Under the pieces are notes generated by a model. That model made no database searches. It worked only from the letters and a program-made list of their open reading frames with translations, and was not told the origin of the DNA. The translations under genes and the position numbers were made by a program. A stretch of DNA of 64,000 bases from a virus (Duplodnaviria > Caudoviricetes): IMG/VR virus record IMGVR_UViG_3300020465_001196, one strand, 5' to 3'. Shown piece by piece: positions 1 through 9,655 of the stretch. Positions within the stretch are counted from its first letter, which is position 1; each line of letters begins with the position of its first letter.

Positions 1-997
1 TCTCTATTAGTACGTTATTTTCAAATGTGTCTGATTCTATTTTTGATAATTGATTAGTTACAATTTGATCAACTGATTCAAAATGTATTTCGCCTTCTAC
101 TTCTTGTGCGTGTTCTTCTTTTTTCTGTGGTATTAAAGATAAATCTCTAATATCATAATTTTGTGCAAAGTTTTCTTTAATAAAGTTTGCTTCTTCATAT
201 GAAATATCTAAGTCTACTTTTACCCTAATATATGAATTTGGTTCTAATACTGTTTCTGGATCTTCTAATAATTTACTTAAATTAATTGATCTATATCTTG
301 GAGCATCTGGCCATATTTTATATTCTGGCTTTTTATCCCATTCAAGAAACATAGCACCTCTATCATCATCCCAAACATCTGCAAAGTTATGTGGAAAAGG
401 ATTACCAATATAAGATATATTTCCACTGTGTTGTCTTTTATGAAAATGTCCTGTAAACACTTGTCCAACATTTTTAAAATGATCACTTCTTATTGTTCCT
501 ATATCTGGCATCTCTACCATTGCATTCATTTTAAAATGTGGTAATTCAAAATGCCCAAACATATACTTGCATTTCATTTTTTTAATTTGTTTCCATTCAT
601 CACCTACTAACCATGGTATAATAGCAACTTCATCTTCAACAATCCATTCATCAACTACTTTAATATTTGCAAGTTCATTAGCAAATACTACTGAAGATAT
701 CTCACGTTTATCTCTGTAAAACAAATCATGATTTCCTACAATAAAATATACTTTTTCAAATGCTTCATTTAACTTTTTTAAATTCGATATAGAATAATTT
801 AATGTTGAAATGTTAATTGCAGAACGTTGGTGATGCCAATCGCCTAAAAATATACAAGTTTCACATTCACGTTCTTTGGCTTGTTCAATAAACCATGTAA
901 CAAAGTTTTCACAATCTATATTGTGTTGACGTGCATTGTTTTTCATGCCGAAATGTATGTCTGTAAAACACGCGGCTTTTTTAAATAATTGTGTCAT
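1..997 (-). CDS. gp47: Recombination endonuclease subunit (T4 gp47/Mre11-SbcD-like), 3' end runs off the window
   Basis: Absent from the ORF track because it has no stop in the window. Manual translation from ATG 997 gives MTQLFKKAACFTDIHFG...FLGDWHH...VGNHD...GHFE...TGHFH, the metallophosphoesterase motifs. ATGA overlap with gp55. Confidence 0.93.
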   Translation of the reverse strand, partial: MTQLFKKAACFTDIHFGMKNNARQHNIDCENFVTWFIEQAKERECETCIFLGDWHHQRSAINISTLNYSISNLKKLNEAFEKVYFIVGNHDLFYRDKREISSVVFANELANIKVVDEWIVEDEVAIIPWLVGDEWKQIKKMKCKYMFGHFELPHFKMNAMVEMPDIGTIRSDHFKNVGQVFTGHFHKRQHSGNISYIGNPFPHNFADVWDDDRGAMFLEWDKKPEYKIWPDAPRYRSINLSKLLEDPETVLEPNSYIRVKVDLDISYEEANFIKENFAQNYDIRDLSLIPQKKEEHAQEVEGEIHFESVDQIVTNQLSKIESDTFENNVLIE

Positions 998-1797
998 TTT
1001 TTAGGTGGTTCTTTTTGTTGATCTTCTGAGTTTTGCATTTGTCTTGTTAATGACGGCATTACTCCTGCTTCTTGTAATAAATCATCTCGTAAATTTTGAT
1101 TTTTCTTCTCCATGTTTAATACTCTAGTAAAAGAATTTGTAATTGTTGCTGTATAATAAGCAAATGGATTAGCTGATTTTGATTCGTCAAATTGTAAACC
1201 AATTTGTGATAATTGTAATAATGCTTGTCCTTGCATTTCATCATTGTAAGTATATCCACGCCAGTTAGCTCTTGTACCATATCTATGACATAACTTAATA
1301 AACATATTTGCTAACTTTGGTGTAATTTTTCCATGGTCTAAACAAAACTCATTATGGTTACGATAATGGCTTTTTCCTACTTCAAAAGGATCTCCGTTTT
1401 TGTTTAACTTATAATGTTTATATGGTGGAAAGTTTAATTTAACTTTTGTGTCTGCTACAGTTTTTGGATTTAATTTTCTACCCGGTTCTTCTGGAATATG
1501 ATCATATGTCATAACTCTAAAAATAAGATCTGTAACAGGAATAGTTTTGTGGTCAACCCTGTATTCATCATATTGTGAACGTTTTAACCCAAGTTCATCC
1601 ACTTTTACTTGTAACATTCTATCAGCACGATTTTTACGTGCTTGTGATATTGTAAGTCTGTTTATCTTTGAAACTGTTGGCAAAATTATATCATATTGAT
1701 GATATTCTTGCTTTGTGTAGAAACTATAAGAGGTTTTACTCTTATGAATCTCAGCCAACATATCTTTATTGTTTAAGTAATTAACTCTTTTAGCCAC
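994..1797 (-). CDS. gp55: Late-transcription sigma factor (T4 gp55-like)
   Basis: NYLNNKDML N-terminus and RGYTYNDEMQGQAL...FDESKSANPFAYYT core. Adjacent to gp47 as in T4-like phages. GTG start. Confidence 0.9.
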   Translation of the reverse strand: MAKRVNYLNNKDMLAEIHKSKTSYSFYTKQEYHQYDIILPTVSKINRLTISQARKNRADRMLQVKVDELGLKRSQYDEYRVDHKTIPVTDLIFRVMTYDHIPEEPGRKLNPKTVADTKVKLNFPPYKHYKLNKNGDPFEVGKSHYRNHNEFCLDHGKITPKLANMFIKLCHRYGTRANWRGYTYNDEMQGQALLQLSQIGLQFDESKSANPFAYYTATITNSFTRVLNMEKKNQNLRDDLLQEAGVMPSLTRQMQNSEDQQKEPPKK

Positions 1798-1821
1798 ACT
1801 CTATCCTTTGATTTACATAAT

Positions 1822-1850
1822 ATAATATAATATTAATAGCGAAAAGTCAA
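1822..1850 (-). promoter_or_regulatory. Sigma70-type promoter for gp55-gp47
   Basis: TTGACT-N17-TATTAT on the minus strand. Confidence 0.7.
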
Positions 1851-1885
1851 GCATTTAAATTATTAAGTGCGTATATAATTTTTTC

Positions 1886-1893
1886 AATAAATA
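1886..1893 (+). promoter_or_regulatory. Late promoter box (AATAAATA)
   Basis: TAAATA core like T4 TATAAATA, 8 nt before the ATG of the baseplate operon. Confidence 0.65.
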
Positions 1894-1901
1894 ATACTAT
1901 A

Positions 1902-2588
1902 ATGACACGTATAGATTATAGAGCAAAATTCCAAGCATTAGGCAAAACTGAAGACGCCAAAGAGCTTGTTTATGGTCCAAAAAAGTCTGTTGCCTTAGGT
2001 GCACAGAACGAAAATATTTTGGCTCCAATATGGGATACTGATGGCCTATTATTTCCATACACACCAATGATTCAAATGCAACACGCCAACGTGGCTTTTG
2101 GGCAATATGATTTGCCTCATACAAATTATGATTATATGGCCTACTCAAAAACACAATCTCCATCGATGACTGTTACTGGTACATTTGGTGCTCATACCGA
2201 ACCTGAGGCAAGGTATATGATTGCGGCTATTCATTTTTTTAGAACTGTAACAAAATCTAATTTTGGTTTAGCAGATCCAAAAAGAGGAACGCCTCCGCCA
2301 AAATTGGCTTTTAGTGCATATGGTCCTGCTATGTTTAATAGAGTACCTGTGTATGTTAGATCAGTTTCTTTTGGTTTAGACCAAGATGTAGATTACGTGC
2401 CAATTAGTTCAGGATTAGAAGAAACTGGAGATGGAAGTCTTGATTACTTTTTATCTAGATCATATTTGCCATTAGTACTAAACATATTTGTTGATGCAGT
2501 TATTAGTCCAAATCCATCACAGTTAAGAGACGAATTTAATTTAGAAGATTTCCGTACTGGAAAATTATTAGATAAAGGATTTTATTAA
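1902..2588 (+). CDS. Baseplate tail-tube initiator/cap-like protein (gp48/gp54-like)
   Basis: LLFPYTP and PPPKLAFSAYG motifs typical of tube-fold baseplate proteins; first gene of the baseplate operon. Confidence 0.65.
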   Translation: MTRIDYRAKFQALGKTEDAKELVYGPKKSVALGAQNENILAPIWDTDGLLFPYTPMIQMQHANVAFGQYDLPHTNYDYMAYSKTQSPSMTVTGTFGAHTEPEARYMIAAIHFFRTVTKSNFGLADPKRGTPPPKLAFSAYGPAMFNRVPVYVRSVSFGLDQDVDYVPISSGLEETGDGSLDYFLSRSYLPLVLNIFVDAVISPNPSQLRDEFNLEDFRTGKLLDKGFY

Positions 2589-2866
2589 TGTATAGTTCAA
2601 ACAGTCCATATAGTAAAACGCCAATCAAAGGTGATTATCTTGATATAATGAATCCAAAATTTATTATTAGAGATGAGTCAGATGAAAGTTATGTTATTGA
2701 ATCAAAATATGAAATGAGACCAGATTTGTTATCTCATAAATTATTTGGATCAGTAAAATATTGGTGGGTGTTTGCAGTAAGAAACCCAGATAAAATAGTT
2801 GATCCTATACAAGATTTCAAAGCAGGTTGTACTATTAGAATTCCTAAATTAGAAAACATAAGGTAA
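2588..2866 (+). CDS. gp53: Baseplate wedge subunit, LysM-like (gp53-like)
   Basis: RPDLLSHKLFGSVKYWWVF...IRIP signature. Confidence 0.8.
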   Translation: MYSSNSPYSKTPIKGDYLDIMNPKFIIRDESDESYVIESKYEMRPDLLSHKLFGSVKYWWVFAVRNPDKIVDPIQDFKAGCTIRIPKLENIR

Positions 2867-2872
2867 AACAAG

Positions 2873-5734
2873 ATGCCAGGTAAAGGTACAGGTGGAACAC
2901 ATATAAAACATCCAGCACATAGGAATAATGTAAAGGATGAAAAAGTTGATTCAGATCCTAATATAGATAAAAGCCATCCATATTATGCTTACTACCTTGA
3001 AGGTAAAAAATACAAAGACGAAGCCGATAAAGCCAAAGCATCTGAAGTAGCAACTGGGGTATCAGAAAAAAATCAATATGAATTGGACGCAGGAGTATCA
3101 GCAGTTACAAACAATTTATTACCAAGTTGGATTGAAGGTAAAAATCATGTAGGGTATGATAGAGGTACAGACAATACAGGATTAAATTATATTACTGAAA
3201 CTACAGAAGCTCAAGCAAAAGCAGAAAACAACGGAGAATCATTAAGTCAAAAAGATGTACAAGATATAAAAACAAAAGTTGAGAATGCTAATTCCCCTTA
3301 CATCTATAACGATAAAATTATGGGAATGGTTGAAGGTGAAACTAAAGATAAAACGTACGACTTTTTATCTCACAATAAAGAAAAAAGTTTAGAAATAACT
3401 GTTGATCTACCAGCTACAAATTATGCTACAGCAGATGATGGATATCCTAACTATAAAGGAATGGACGATGAATTCAATTATAGAGGAGCATTCCAAAGAA
3501 ATACATTACTTGACTATGATGGTCCAACATATCATTTTGAATTACAAATGTTATCAGATGATGATGCCATTGCGGCACAACGTCATATATTAGAAGGTAA
3601 AACATCTTTTGATGAATGGAGGCCTACTAAGGCACAACCAGTAACTATTGCTGAAACAGGATCAACTGTTTTAAATTTGCAATCATGTATGATTGAAGCA
3701 GTAGCAGGTCCAACGAACAATCAACATCGTGTTACAGGTGCTACAAATTTTCAAATGTCTTTTGCACAACCATTAGGGGTTTCATTTACTAATTTAATTG
3801 TAAATGCGGCAGTACAATTAGGTATGCCAGATGGATTAAAAGCAACATACTTACTAAAATTACATTTTATTGGTAGAGATGCAAAAACAGGTGCAGATGT
3901 TAATCCAATACCAAATACAGAAAGACAATTTTTAATTAATATAGTTGGTGTAGAACAAACTGTTGATACTTCTGGTGGTATATTTAATGTAACAGCCGTT
4001 CGAAGTGGTGACCAGGGAACATACCAACACGTATATTCAACAGATCGTCCAATGGAATTAAGTAATATTAAAACTGTAAATGATATGATGGAAAAACTTG
4101 CAGAAGCAATAAATGTAAATGAAATTGATAAACTAGCAATTGAAAAAGCAATATTAGACGAGTATTATATACACATTGAAGACCATGCAAAAAAAATATT
4201 AGCAGATGATGAAATTGTACCTACTGCTGGAGAAAAAGGAATAGCAAATGCAAACCAGTATGGTGCGAACAACGGTGATCAACAAGATGCAGATGCTAAT
4301 GAAGGATTTGGTGATCAAAGATTATTAAGAACATTTAAAATTCCACAAAATACAGGTTTAAATCGAATTATGGAATTTGCTTTATCACATTCAAGAAAAC
4401 TACAAAATCTAGCAAAAGGTTTTGATGAAAATGATAAAGATCCAGATTCAACCGACTCAGCTAAAATAAAAAAATATAAAAAATATATTTTTAAAATAAA
4501 AGCAGACGTTGTTAATATTGGTTGGGATATGTTACGTAATGAATATGCAAAAGAATATCATTATACTATATCATTATTTCCAACTATTAGACCAGAAATA
4601 TTACAAGGTACATATTCAAAACAAGAAGAAGCAGTAAAACAAAAAGTTAAAGAATTACTAAAACCTGATTTTGGTGAAGGCAAAACAAGAACAAAATTTA
4701 GAGCATTGCGTAAAAGATATGATTATTTGTTTACTGGTATGAATGATAAAGTTTTAAGATTTGATCTTAAATTTAACAATAACTTTTTTATGGCTATGCA
4801 TAGTTATCAAAATTTGTATGATAACATAGATGAAACTGTACAAGAGCAAATAAAAGAATCTGGTGATAGTTTAAGAAAATTTAAACAACAGCAATCTCAA
4901 GTACGTGCGGCGTGGAAGTCATATTTAAAAAGTAAAGCAGATAAAGTAGGCCAAGTAGGTTTTGATGCTACAACAGAAATGGCTTCTTCTGCAACATATA
5001 ATCAATTTAAAAAAGAAAGAGAAGAATTAATAAACCAATATGTAGGTAGAATTCAAGATGGAACTATTGAGGGTGACCAGGGATTAGCCAGTAGATTACA
5101 AGATTTAGATTCATATGATAAAAAATTATCAGAAAACAAAAATAGAGTTGATGGTACTAAACCAAAAGAAGAATTTAAAGGTGGTGGAGCAGATGCATCA
5201 CGCCTACCGCAAGAAAGAATTATTGGTGAATTAATTAATGAAAATGATTTAAGAAACAAAATAGAATCTGGACAAATTCCAACTCACGTAATGTGGGGTG
5301 TAACAAGAGATGCATCGGCTGGTAATTTTAATGATGAAGGACATCCTGAAAACAAAGGTAAGCATCAATTTGATGCTGTAATGCAGGCATCATTGAGTGA
5401 TTTCCAAGCAGATATGGTTCAAATGGATATGGATATTAGAGGAGATATGTATTGGTTAGAAAGTGAAGGTGACCCACGTGCTATAACTTCTTCTTATTAT
5501 GCAGGAGAAAATTATCTATTGTTTAGAGCAATTACAAGTGCAGGTGAACCTGATATAAATACTGGTATAGCAACTCCAGGCGACACTAAAAAAGAACAAT
5601 TACTTAATGGTGTTTATGCTGTTGTAAATGTAACAAGTAGATTTGAAGGTGGATTGTTTACACAAAATATTAAAGGTCCACGTGAAAACTTTATTTACGA
5701 TACAACACTATTAGAAAGTTTTAAGGAAGAATAA
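2873..5734 (+). CDS. Baseplate hub protein (gp27-like), 953 aa
   Basis: Between gp53 and gp5; C-terminal IRGDMYWL...NGVYAVVNVTSRFEGGLFTQ. Confidence 0.6.
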   Translation: MPGKGTGGTHIKHPAHRNNVKDEKVDSDPNIDKSHPYYAYYLEGKKYKDEADKAKASEVATGVSEKNQYELDAGVSAVTNNLLPSWIEGKNHVGYDRGTDNTGLNYITETTEAQAKAENNGESLSQKDVQDIKTKVENANSPYIYNDKIMGMVEGETKDKTYDFLSHNKEKSLEITVDLPATNYATADDGYPNYKGMDDEFNYRGAFQRNTLLDYDGPTYHFELQMLSDDDAIAAQRHILEGKTSFDEWRPTKAQPVTIAETGSTVLNLQSCMIEAVAGPTNNQHRVTGATNFQMSFAQPLGVSFTNLIVNAAVQLGMPDGLKATYLLKLHFIGRDAKTGADVNPIPNTERQFLINIVGVEQTVDTSGGIFNVTAVRSGDQGTYQHVYSTDRPMELSNIKTVNDMMEKLAEAINVNEIDKLAIEKAILDEYYIHIEDHAKKILADDEIVPTAGEKGIANANQYGANNGDQQDADANEGFGDQRLLRTFKIPQNTGLNRIMEFALSHSRKLQNLAKGFDENDKDPDSTDSAKIKKYKKYIFKIKADVVNIGWDMLRNEYAKEYHYTISLFPTIRPEILQGTYSKQEEAVKQKVKELLKPDFGEGKTRTKFRALRKRYDYLFTGMNDKVLRFDLKFNNNFFMAMHSYQNLYDNIDETVQEQIKESGDSLRKFKQQQSQVRAAWKSYLKSKADKVGQVGFDATTEMASSATYNQFKKEREELINQYVGRIQDGTIEGDQGLASRLQDLDSYDKKLSENKNRVDGTKPKEEFKGGGADASRLPQERIIGELINENDLRNKIESGQIPTHVMWGVTRDASAGNFNDEGHPENKGKHQFDAVMQASLSDFQADMVQMDMDIRGDMYWLESEGDPRAITSSYYAGENYLLFRAITSAGEPDINTGIATPGDTKKEQLLNGVYAVVNVTSRFEGGLFTQNIKGPRENFIYDTTLLESFKEE

Positions 5735-5735
5735 A

Positions 5736-7220
5736 ATGGCAACTAAAAAAATACAATCAATTACATCTTTAAAAAATGCTGTTACTGATGAATTAAAAAC
5801 TTTAGGCTTTGTAAAAAAATACGATAGTATATATGAAGCCGTTGTTATTAGTGCAAAAGATATACAAAAAAATGGTAGACTTGTAGTTAGATTAATTGGT
5901 GAAAATGTTAAAACAACTGATTTACCGGATGAATATGTAAAAAGTGAAGCACATTTAAATTTAACTGTCCGTTGGAGTTCTCCATTTGCTGGAGCAACAA
6001 ATATCAGTAATACAATTAAATCTGGACTATCTACATTACCTGGATCTTCTCCAGCTAGTGATCCTGATAAAGTATATGATGGTACACAACGAAGTTATGG
6101 TATGTGGATGATTCCACCTGATGTTGGAAACAAAGTTTTAGTTATGTTTATTGGTGGTGATTTAGCCAAAGGTGTAGTTGTAGGTTGTTTATATCAAAAT
6201 TTAATGAACCATATGGTTCCTGGTATTGCTAAATCTAGAACATTTACATCTGTAGAATCTGAATTAAAAGAAACTCCAACAGCAGAATATAATAAAGCAT
6301 CAGATATTGCTAGTGATGTAGATTACACAAAATCAAGATCAAGTGATGGGTTAACTCCAACAGATAATATTAAAAGAGCTGTACATACTCCGCACTATAA
6401 TGGTTTAAAAGAACAAGGATTAGAAGAAGATAACACTAGAGGATTAACAAGTTCATCAGCAAGACGCGAATCACCTTCAAAAGTTTTTGGAATATTAACG
6501 CCAGATGCAAATCAGTTTGTAATGGATGATGGTGATCAACAGTTAATTAGATTAAGAACAAAGTCAGGTGCTCAAATATTATTAGATGAAACCAATGGTA
6601 ATGTTTATATTATTAATAAAAAAGGTACTGGCTGGATTGAAATGGACGATGCTGGTAAAATAGATGTATGGGCAAATGACTCAATTAGTATACGTTCACA
6701 CAAAGATATTAATATAAGAGCAGACAGAGATTTAAATTTAGAATCAGGTAGAGATATTAATGTTAGGACTACACAAACAACTGCAACAGGACAGCCAAGT
6801 GATACTACTGGTATTTTGCCAGGAGTCAATGGTGCATTTAATTTAGATGTTGCAGGTGCTTTAAATATTAAAACTGTTGATGCAACAACAATAACATCAG
6901 GAAAAGAATTTCATTTACAATCATCAGCAAATTATCTATCTGCTATTAAAGTAGGTGATTCTTCGGGCAATACTGAAATTAATAGTGCAGGAAATCATCA
7001 TGAAACAGCATCAGCAATACATATGAATGGTCCTGCGGCAGTGGCGGCTACACCATACGGTGGATTAACTGCTAAAGTTGATACTGATGGAAATTTATTT
7101 TTTACAAATACTCTTTATACAAGAAATAGTGAAGATAAAAGAAATACTGAAAGAGTTGGAACTATCCTAACAAGGTTCCCAACTAGAGAACCTTTTGCTA
7201 GGCAAGAATATACAGATTAA
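5736..7220 (+). CDS. gp5: Baseplate central spike (gp5/VgrG-like)
   Basis: OB-fold SYGMWMIPPDVGNKVLV, IRLRTKSGAQILLD, beta-helix repeats and HMNGP apex motif. Confidence 0.8.
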   Translation: MATKKIQSITSLKNAVTDELKTLGFVKKYDSIYEAVVISAKDIQKNGRLVVRLIGENVKTTDLPDEYVKSEAHLNLTVRWSSPFAGATNISNTIKSGLSTLPGSSPASDPDKVYDGTQRSYGMWMIPPDVGNKVLVMFIGGDLAKGVVVGCLYQNLMNHMVPGIAKSRTFTSVESELKETPTAEYNKASDIASDVDYTKSRSSDGLTPTDNIKRAVHTPHYNGLKEQGLEEDNTRGLTSSSARRESPSKVFGILTPDANQFVMDDGDQQLIRLRTKSGAQILLDETNGNVYIINKKGTGWIEMDDAGKIDVWANDSISIRSHKDINIRADRDLNLESGRDINVRTTQTTATGQPSDTTGILPGVNGAFNLDVAGALNIKTVDATTITSGKEFHLQSSANYLSAIKVGDSSGNTEINSAGNHHETASAIHMNGPAAVAATPYGGLTAKVDTDGNLFFTNTLYTRNSEDKRNTERVGTILTRFPTREPFARQEYTD

Positions 7221-7793
7221 TTACCAACCAACACCAACTGGTGTTAGCATATATTGACCTTTATCGTTGGTAACTTGCATACCATTTTCAATTTTAACTT
7301 TAGGATCTTTCATAAGTTCCCATTTACCTGAAGCCGTTCTACAAGCAACACCTTCACTTTGTTCCATTCTTGCACCAATTTGTACTTCTTGGATAAAAGA
7401 ACGACAAGGTATTTGACCGTTTTGTATGTAGTAAGTTTCAGTTACCATTACACCACCTCTATGGCCAGTGTTTGGATTTTCCCAAGTAACAGGAACACCA
7501 TCTTTAGCATATTCAAATGCTCTATAGGCAACTTTTTCGTGTTTGACAGTTTCATAATGATCTAATTGAGCTCCTACGTTACGTCCCCAATGCGAACCAA
7601 GTATTACACCCAAAATAGTTGCGGCATCTTTACCACTTCCACTACCAAATTGATTACCAATTACACCACCAATAACAGCACCACCTAATGTGTAAGTGTC
7701 TGTTTTAGAAACAGTTTGTCCTGTTGTAGCCGTACAATTAGTTAGAAATATAACAGCAAATAAACTTGCTATTAGTTTTTTTATTTTATACAT
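7221..7793 (-). CDS. Glycine-zipper outer-membrane lipoprotein (17-kDa surface antigen, RT0821/Lpp0805-like)
   Basis: Lipobox FLTNC, GGAVIGGVIGNQFGSGSG zipper, WENPNTG...CRSF...GVACR. Start moved to the SD-preceded ATG 7793. Confidence 0.8.
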   Translation of the reverse strand: MYKIKKLIASLFAVIFLTNCTATTGQTVSKTDTYTLGGAVIGGVIGNQFGSGSGKDAATILGVILGSHWGRNVGAQLDHYETVKHEKVAYRAFEYAKDGVPVTWENPNTGHRGGVMVTETYYIQNGQIPCRSFIQEVQIGARMEQSEGVACRTASGKWELMKDPKVKIENGMQVTNDKGQYMLTPVGVGW

Positions 7794-7817
7794 TTTATAC
7801 CTCTTCATATTCTTACT

Positions 7818-7845
7818 ACTATAACACAATATAGAAATCTGTCAA
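7818..7845 (-). promoter_or_regulatory. Early-class sigma70 promoter (16-bp spacer, extended -10)
   Basis: TTGACA-GATTTCTATATTGTGT-TATAGT. Confidence 0.75.
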
Positions 7846-7860
7846 CCAAAAAAAGCCATA

Positions 7861-7897
7861 AAAAAAGCCTGCAAAGTATAGACTTTTACAGGCTTTT
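7861..7897 (-). terminator. Intrinsic terminator
   Basis: AAAAGCCTG/CAGGCTTTT stem with inner AAAGT/ACTTT and a U-tract on the minus strand. Confidence 0.75.
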
Positions 7898-7915
7898 AAT
7901 ACTAAAGTGGCCTAA

Positions 7916-8179
7916 TTAGGCAACTTTTCTTTGCATAATACGATATTTTACCGCACTTCTTTTAGTATCTCTAGTAACAAATCTTAGTGATCTGATATCA
8001 AAACCGTCTTGTCTCAACTCACAAATTCTTGCAGTTGGTTTCATGATTTTGTATCTAGATACTAATGATTTATTAGTTACTGTAGATCCAGTACCCCAGT
8101 AATACTGTAGGATTCTCTGTTTTTGAGTACCTACTTTGTACTGTGAAGCACCTTTTTTAGTTACGTTTTGTAAACCCAT
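7916..8179 (-). CDS. Small basic helix-turn-helix-like protein
   Basis: QKQRILQYY...TARICELRQDGFDI resembles winged-HTH families; SD GGAG before ATG 8179. Confidence 0.55.
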   Translation of the reverse strand: MGLQNVTKKGASQYKVGTQKQRILQYYWGTGSTVTNKSLVSRYKIMKPTARICELRQDGFDIRSLRFVTRDTKRSAVKYRIMQRKVA

Positions 8180-8218
8180 TTTATTCTCCAGTTCTAACAA
8201 GTTAAGTTTATGTATTAC

Positions 8219-8247
8219 ATAATAATACAGAAATTTGATTTTGTCAA
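8219..8247 (-). promoter_or_regulatory. Sigma70 promoter for the HTH gene
   Basis: TTGACA-N17-TATTAT. Confidence 0.65.
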
Positions 8248-8256
8248 CCATTTTAT

Positions 8257-9549
8257 TTAGGCCACTATAAAGTAAAGTAAACTTACTGCCGCAATGGCCA
8301 TACTTCCTGAATTTAATTCAGAATGTTTGCCACTTAATGCTTTAATAACAACATAAGCAATAAATCCTAGTGCAATACCATAAGCAATATTAAAGGTTAA
8401 TGGCATAATAATTGCCGCCAATACTGCCGGTGCATATTCACTTACATCATCCCATTCAATATCCTTAAGATTTCTTAAGAAGTATGTTGCAATGAATACA
8501 AGTGCAGGAGCCGTTGCAAATGCTGGAATACTCTGCGCCAATGGAGCAACGAATAAACACAATGCAAACAACACAGCAACCGTTACTGCCGTTAGTCCTG
8601 TTTTACCACCTTCTTTAATACCTGCACCAGACTCAATGTATGATGTAGTATTAGAAGTACCTGCTAGTGCACCAACTGATGTTGCAACTGAATCGGCCAA
8701 TAATGCTCTGTCAATATCTTCAACTTCGCCATTCTTATTAACTTTACCAGTTAAGTTTGCAACACTTGTTAGTGTTCCTGCGGTATCAAAAAAGTCTACA
8801 AATAAAAATGCAAATGCGACTCCAATGAAACCTGACGTTGCAATTAAACTAAAGTCCATACTAAATGCATGACTTGGGTTTGGAATACTACCAACTACAC
8901 CGCCCATTTCTGAAATACCAAAAATCCAAGCGATAATACTTGTTGCAATAATACCAATAATAATTGCACCTGGGATACCACGTTTGTCAGCAATTGCCAT
9001 AATAGCAAAACCTAGTCCTGCTAATAGTACGGGCCAACTTGAAATATCTCCTAAGCCAACTAAAGTTGCCGGGTTATCAACAACAACACCTGCATTCTTT
9101 AAACCAATAATAGCAAGGAACAAACCAATACCTGCTCCTACTCCAAGTTTCATACTTCGAGGAATACTATTAATAATATACTTTCTTGCTGGTGTTATAC
9201 TTAAACCAATAAACACTATACCTGCAATGAATACAGCCGCTAATGCCTGTTGATACGTATAGCCCATTCCAAAAATAACACCAAATGCAAAAAAGGCATT
9301 TAGTCCCATTCCTGGTGCTAGTGCTACGGGCCATTTAGCCCAAAGTCCCATTATAAGTGTACCTACTACTGCCGCAATAATTGTTGCAGTAAATACAGCA
9401 CCGAATTCCATTCCGGTACCTTCAGTTGACAATATAGCAGGGTTTACTACCGTGATATATGCCATTGTTAAAAATGTGGCTAACCCAGCCATGATCTCAG
9501 TTTTCACTGACGTCTTGGCTTTTGCTAACCCAAATAGTTTTTCTAACAT
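8257..9549 (-). CDS. NCS2-family (AzgA/PbuG-type) purine permease
   Basis: TFLTMAYI...NP, ALAPGMGLNAFF, DFFDTAGT, TSYIESGAGI...GGKTGLTAV, PLTFNIAYG; many TM helices. Confidence 0.95.
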   Translation of the reverse strand: MLEKLFGLAKAKTSVKTEIMAGLATFLTMAYITVVNPAILSTEGTGMEFGAVFTATIIAAVVGTLIMGLWAKWPVALAPGMGLNAFFAFGVIFGMGYTYQQALAAVFIAGIVFIGLSITPARKYIINSIPRSMKLGVGAGIGLFLAIIGLKNAGVVVDNPATLVGLGDISSWPVLLAGLGFAIMAIADKRGIPGAIIIGIIATSIIAWIFGISEMGGVVGSIPNPSHAFSMDFSLIATSGFIGVAFAFLFVDFFDTAGTLTSVANLTGKVNKNGEVEDIDRALLADSVATSVGALAGTSNTTSYIESGAGIKEGGKTGLTAVTVAVLFALCLFVAPLAQSIPAFATAPALVFIATYFLRNLKDIEWDDVSEYAPAVLAAIIMPLTFNIAYGIALGFIAYVVIKALSGKHSELNSGSMAIAAVSLLYFIVA

Positions 9550-9580
9550 ATTATTCTCCTTTATATAAAGATTAAATTAT

Positions 9581-9609
9581 ATTATAGCAAGTTTATTGAA
9601 AAATTACAA
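9581..9609 (-). promoter_or_regulatory. Sigma70 promoter for the permease
   Basis: TTGTAA-N17-TATAAT with TG extension; SD AAGGAG downstream. Confidence 0.65.
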
Positions 9610-9655
9610 CACACGATTGAGTTGTATATCCACACATTGTTGGCCAATGGTTATA

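Noticed and set aside
277-486. 69-aa ORF in the track
   Set aside because: Out-of-frame shadow inside the real gp47-like gene (1..997, -).
8492-9253. Plus-strand ORFs antisense to the permease, and similar antisense ORFs at 24-26 kb, 31 kb and 51998
   Set aside because: Mirror frames of well-supported genes; no SD, promoter or motifs.
9550-9655. Purine riboswitch upstream of the NCS2 gene
   Set aside because: The leader between -10 and ATG is only about 30 nt and AT-rich, with no three-way-junction aptamer.
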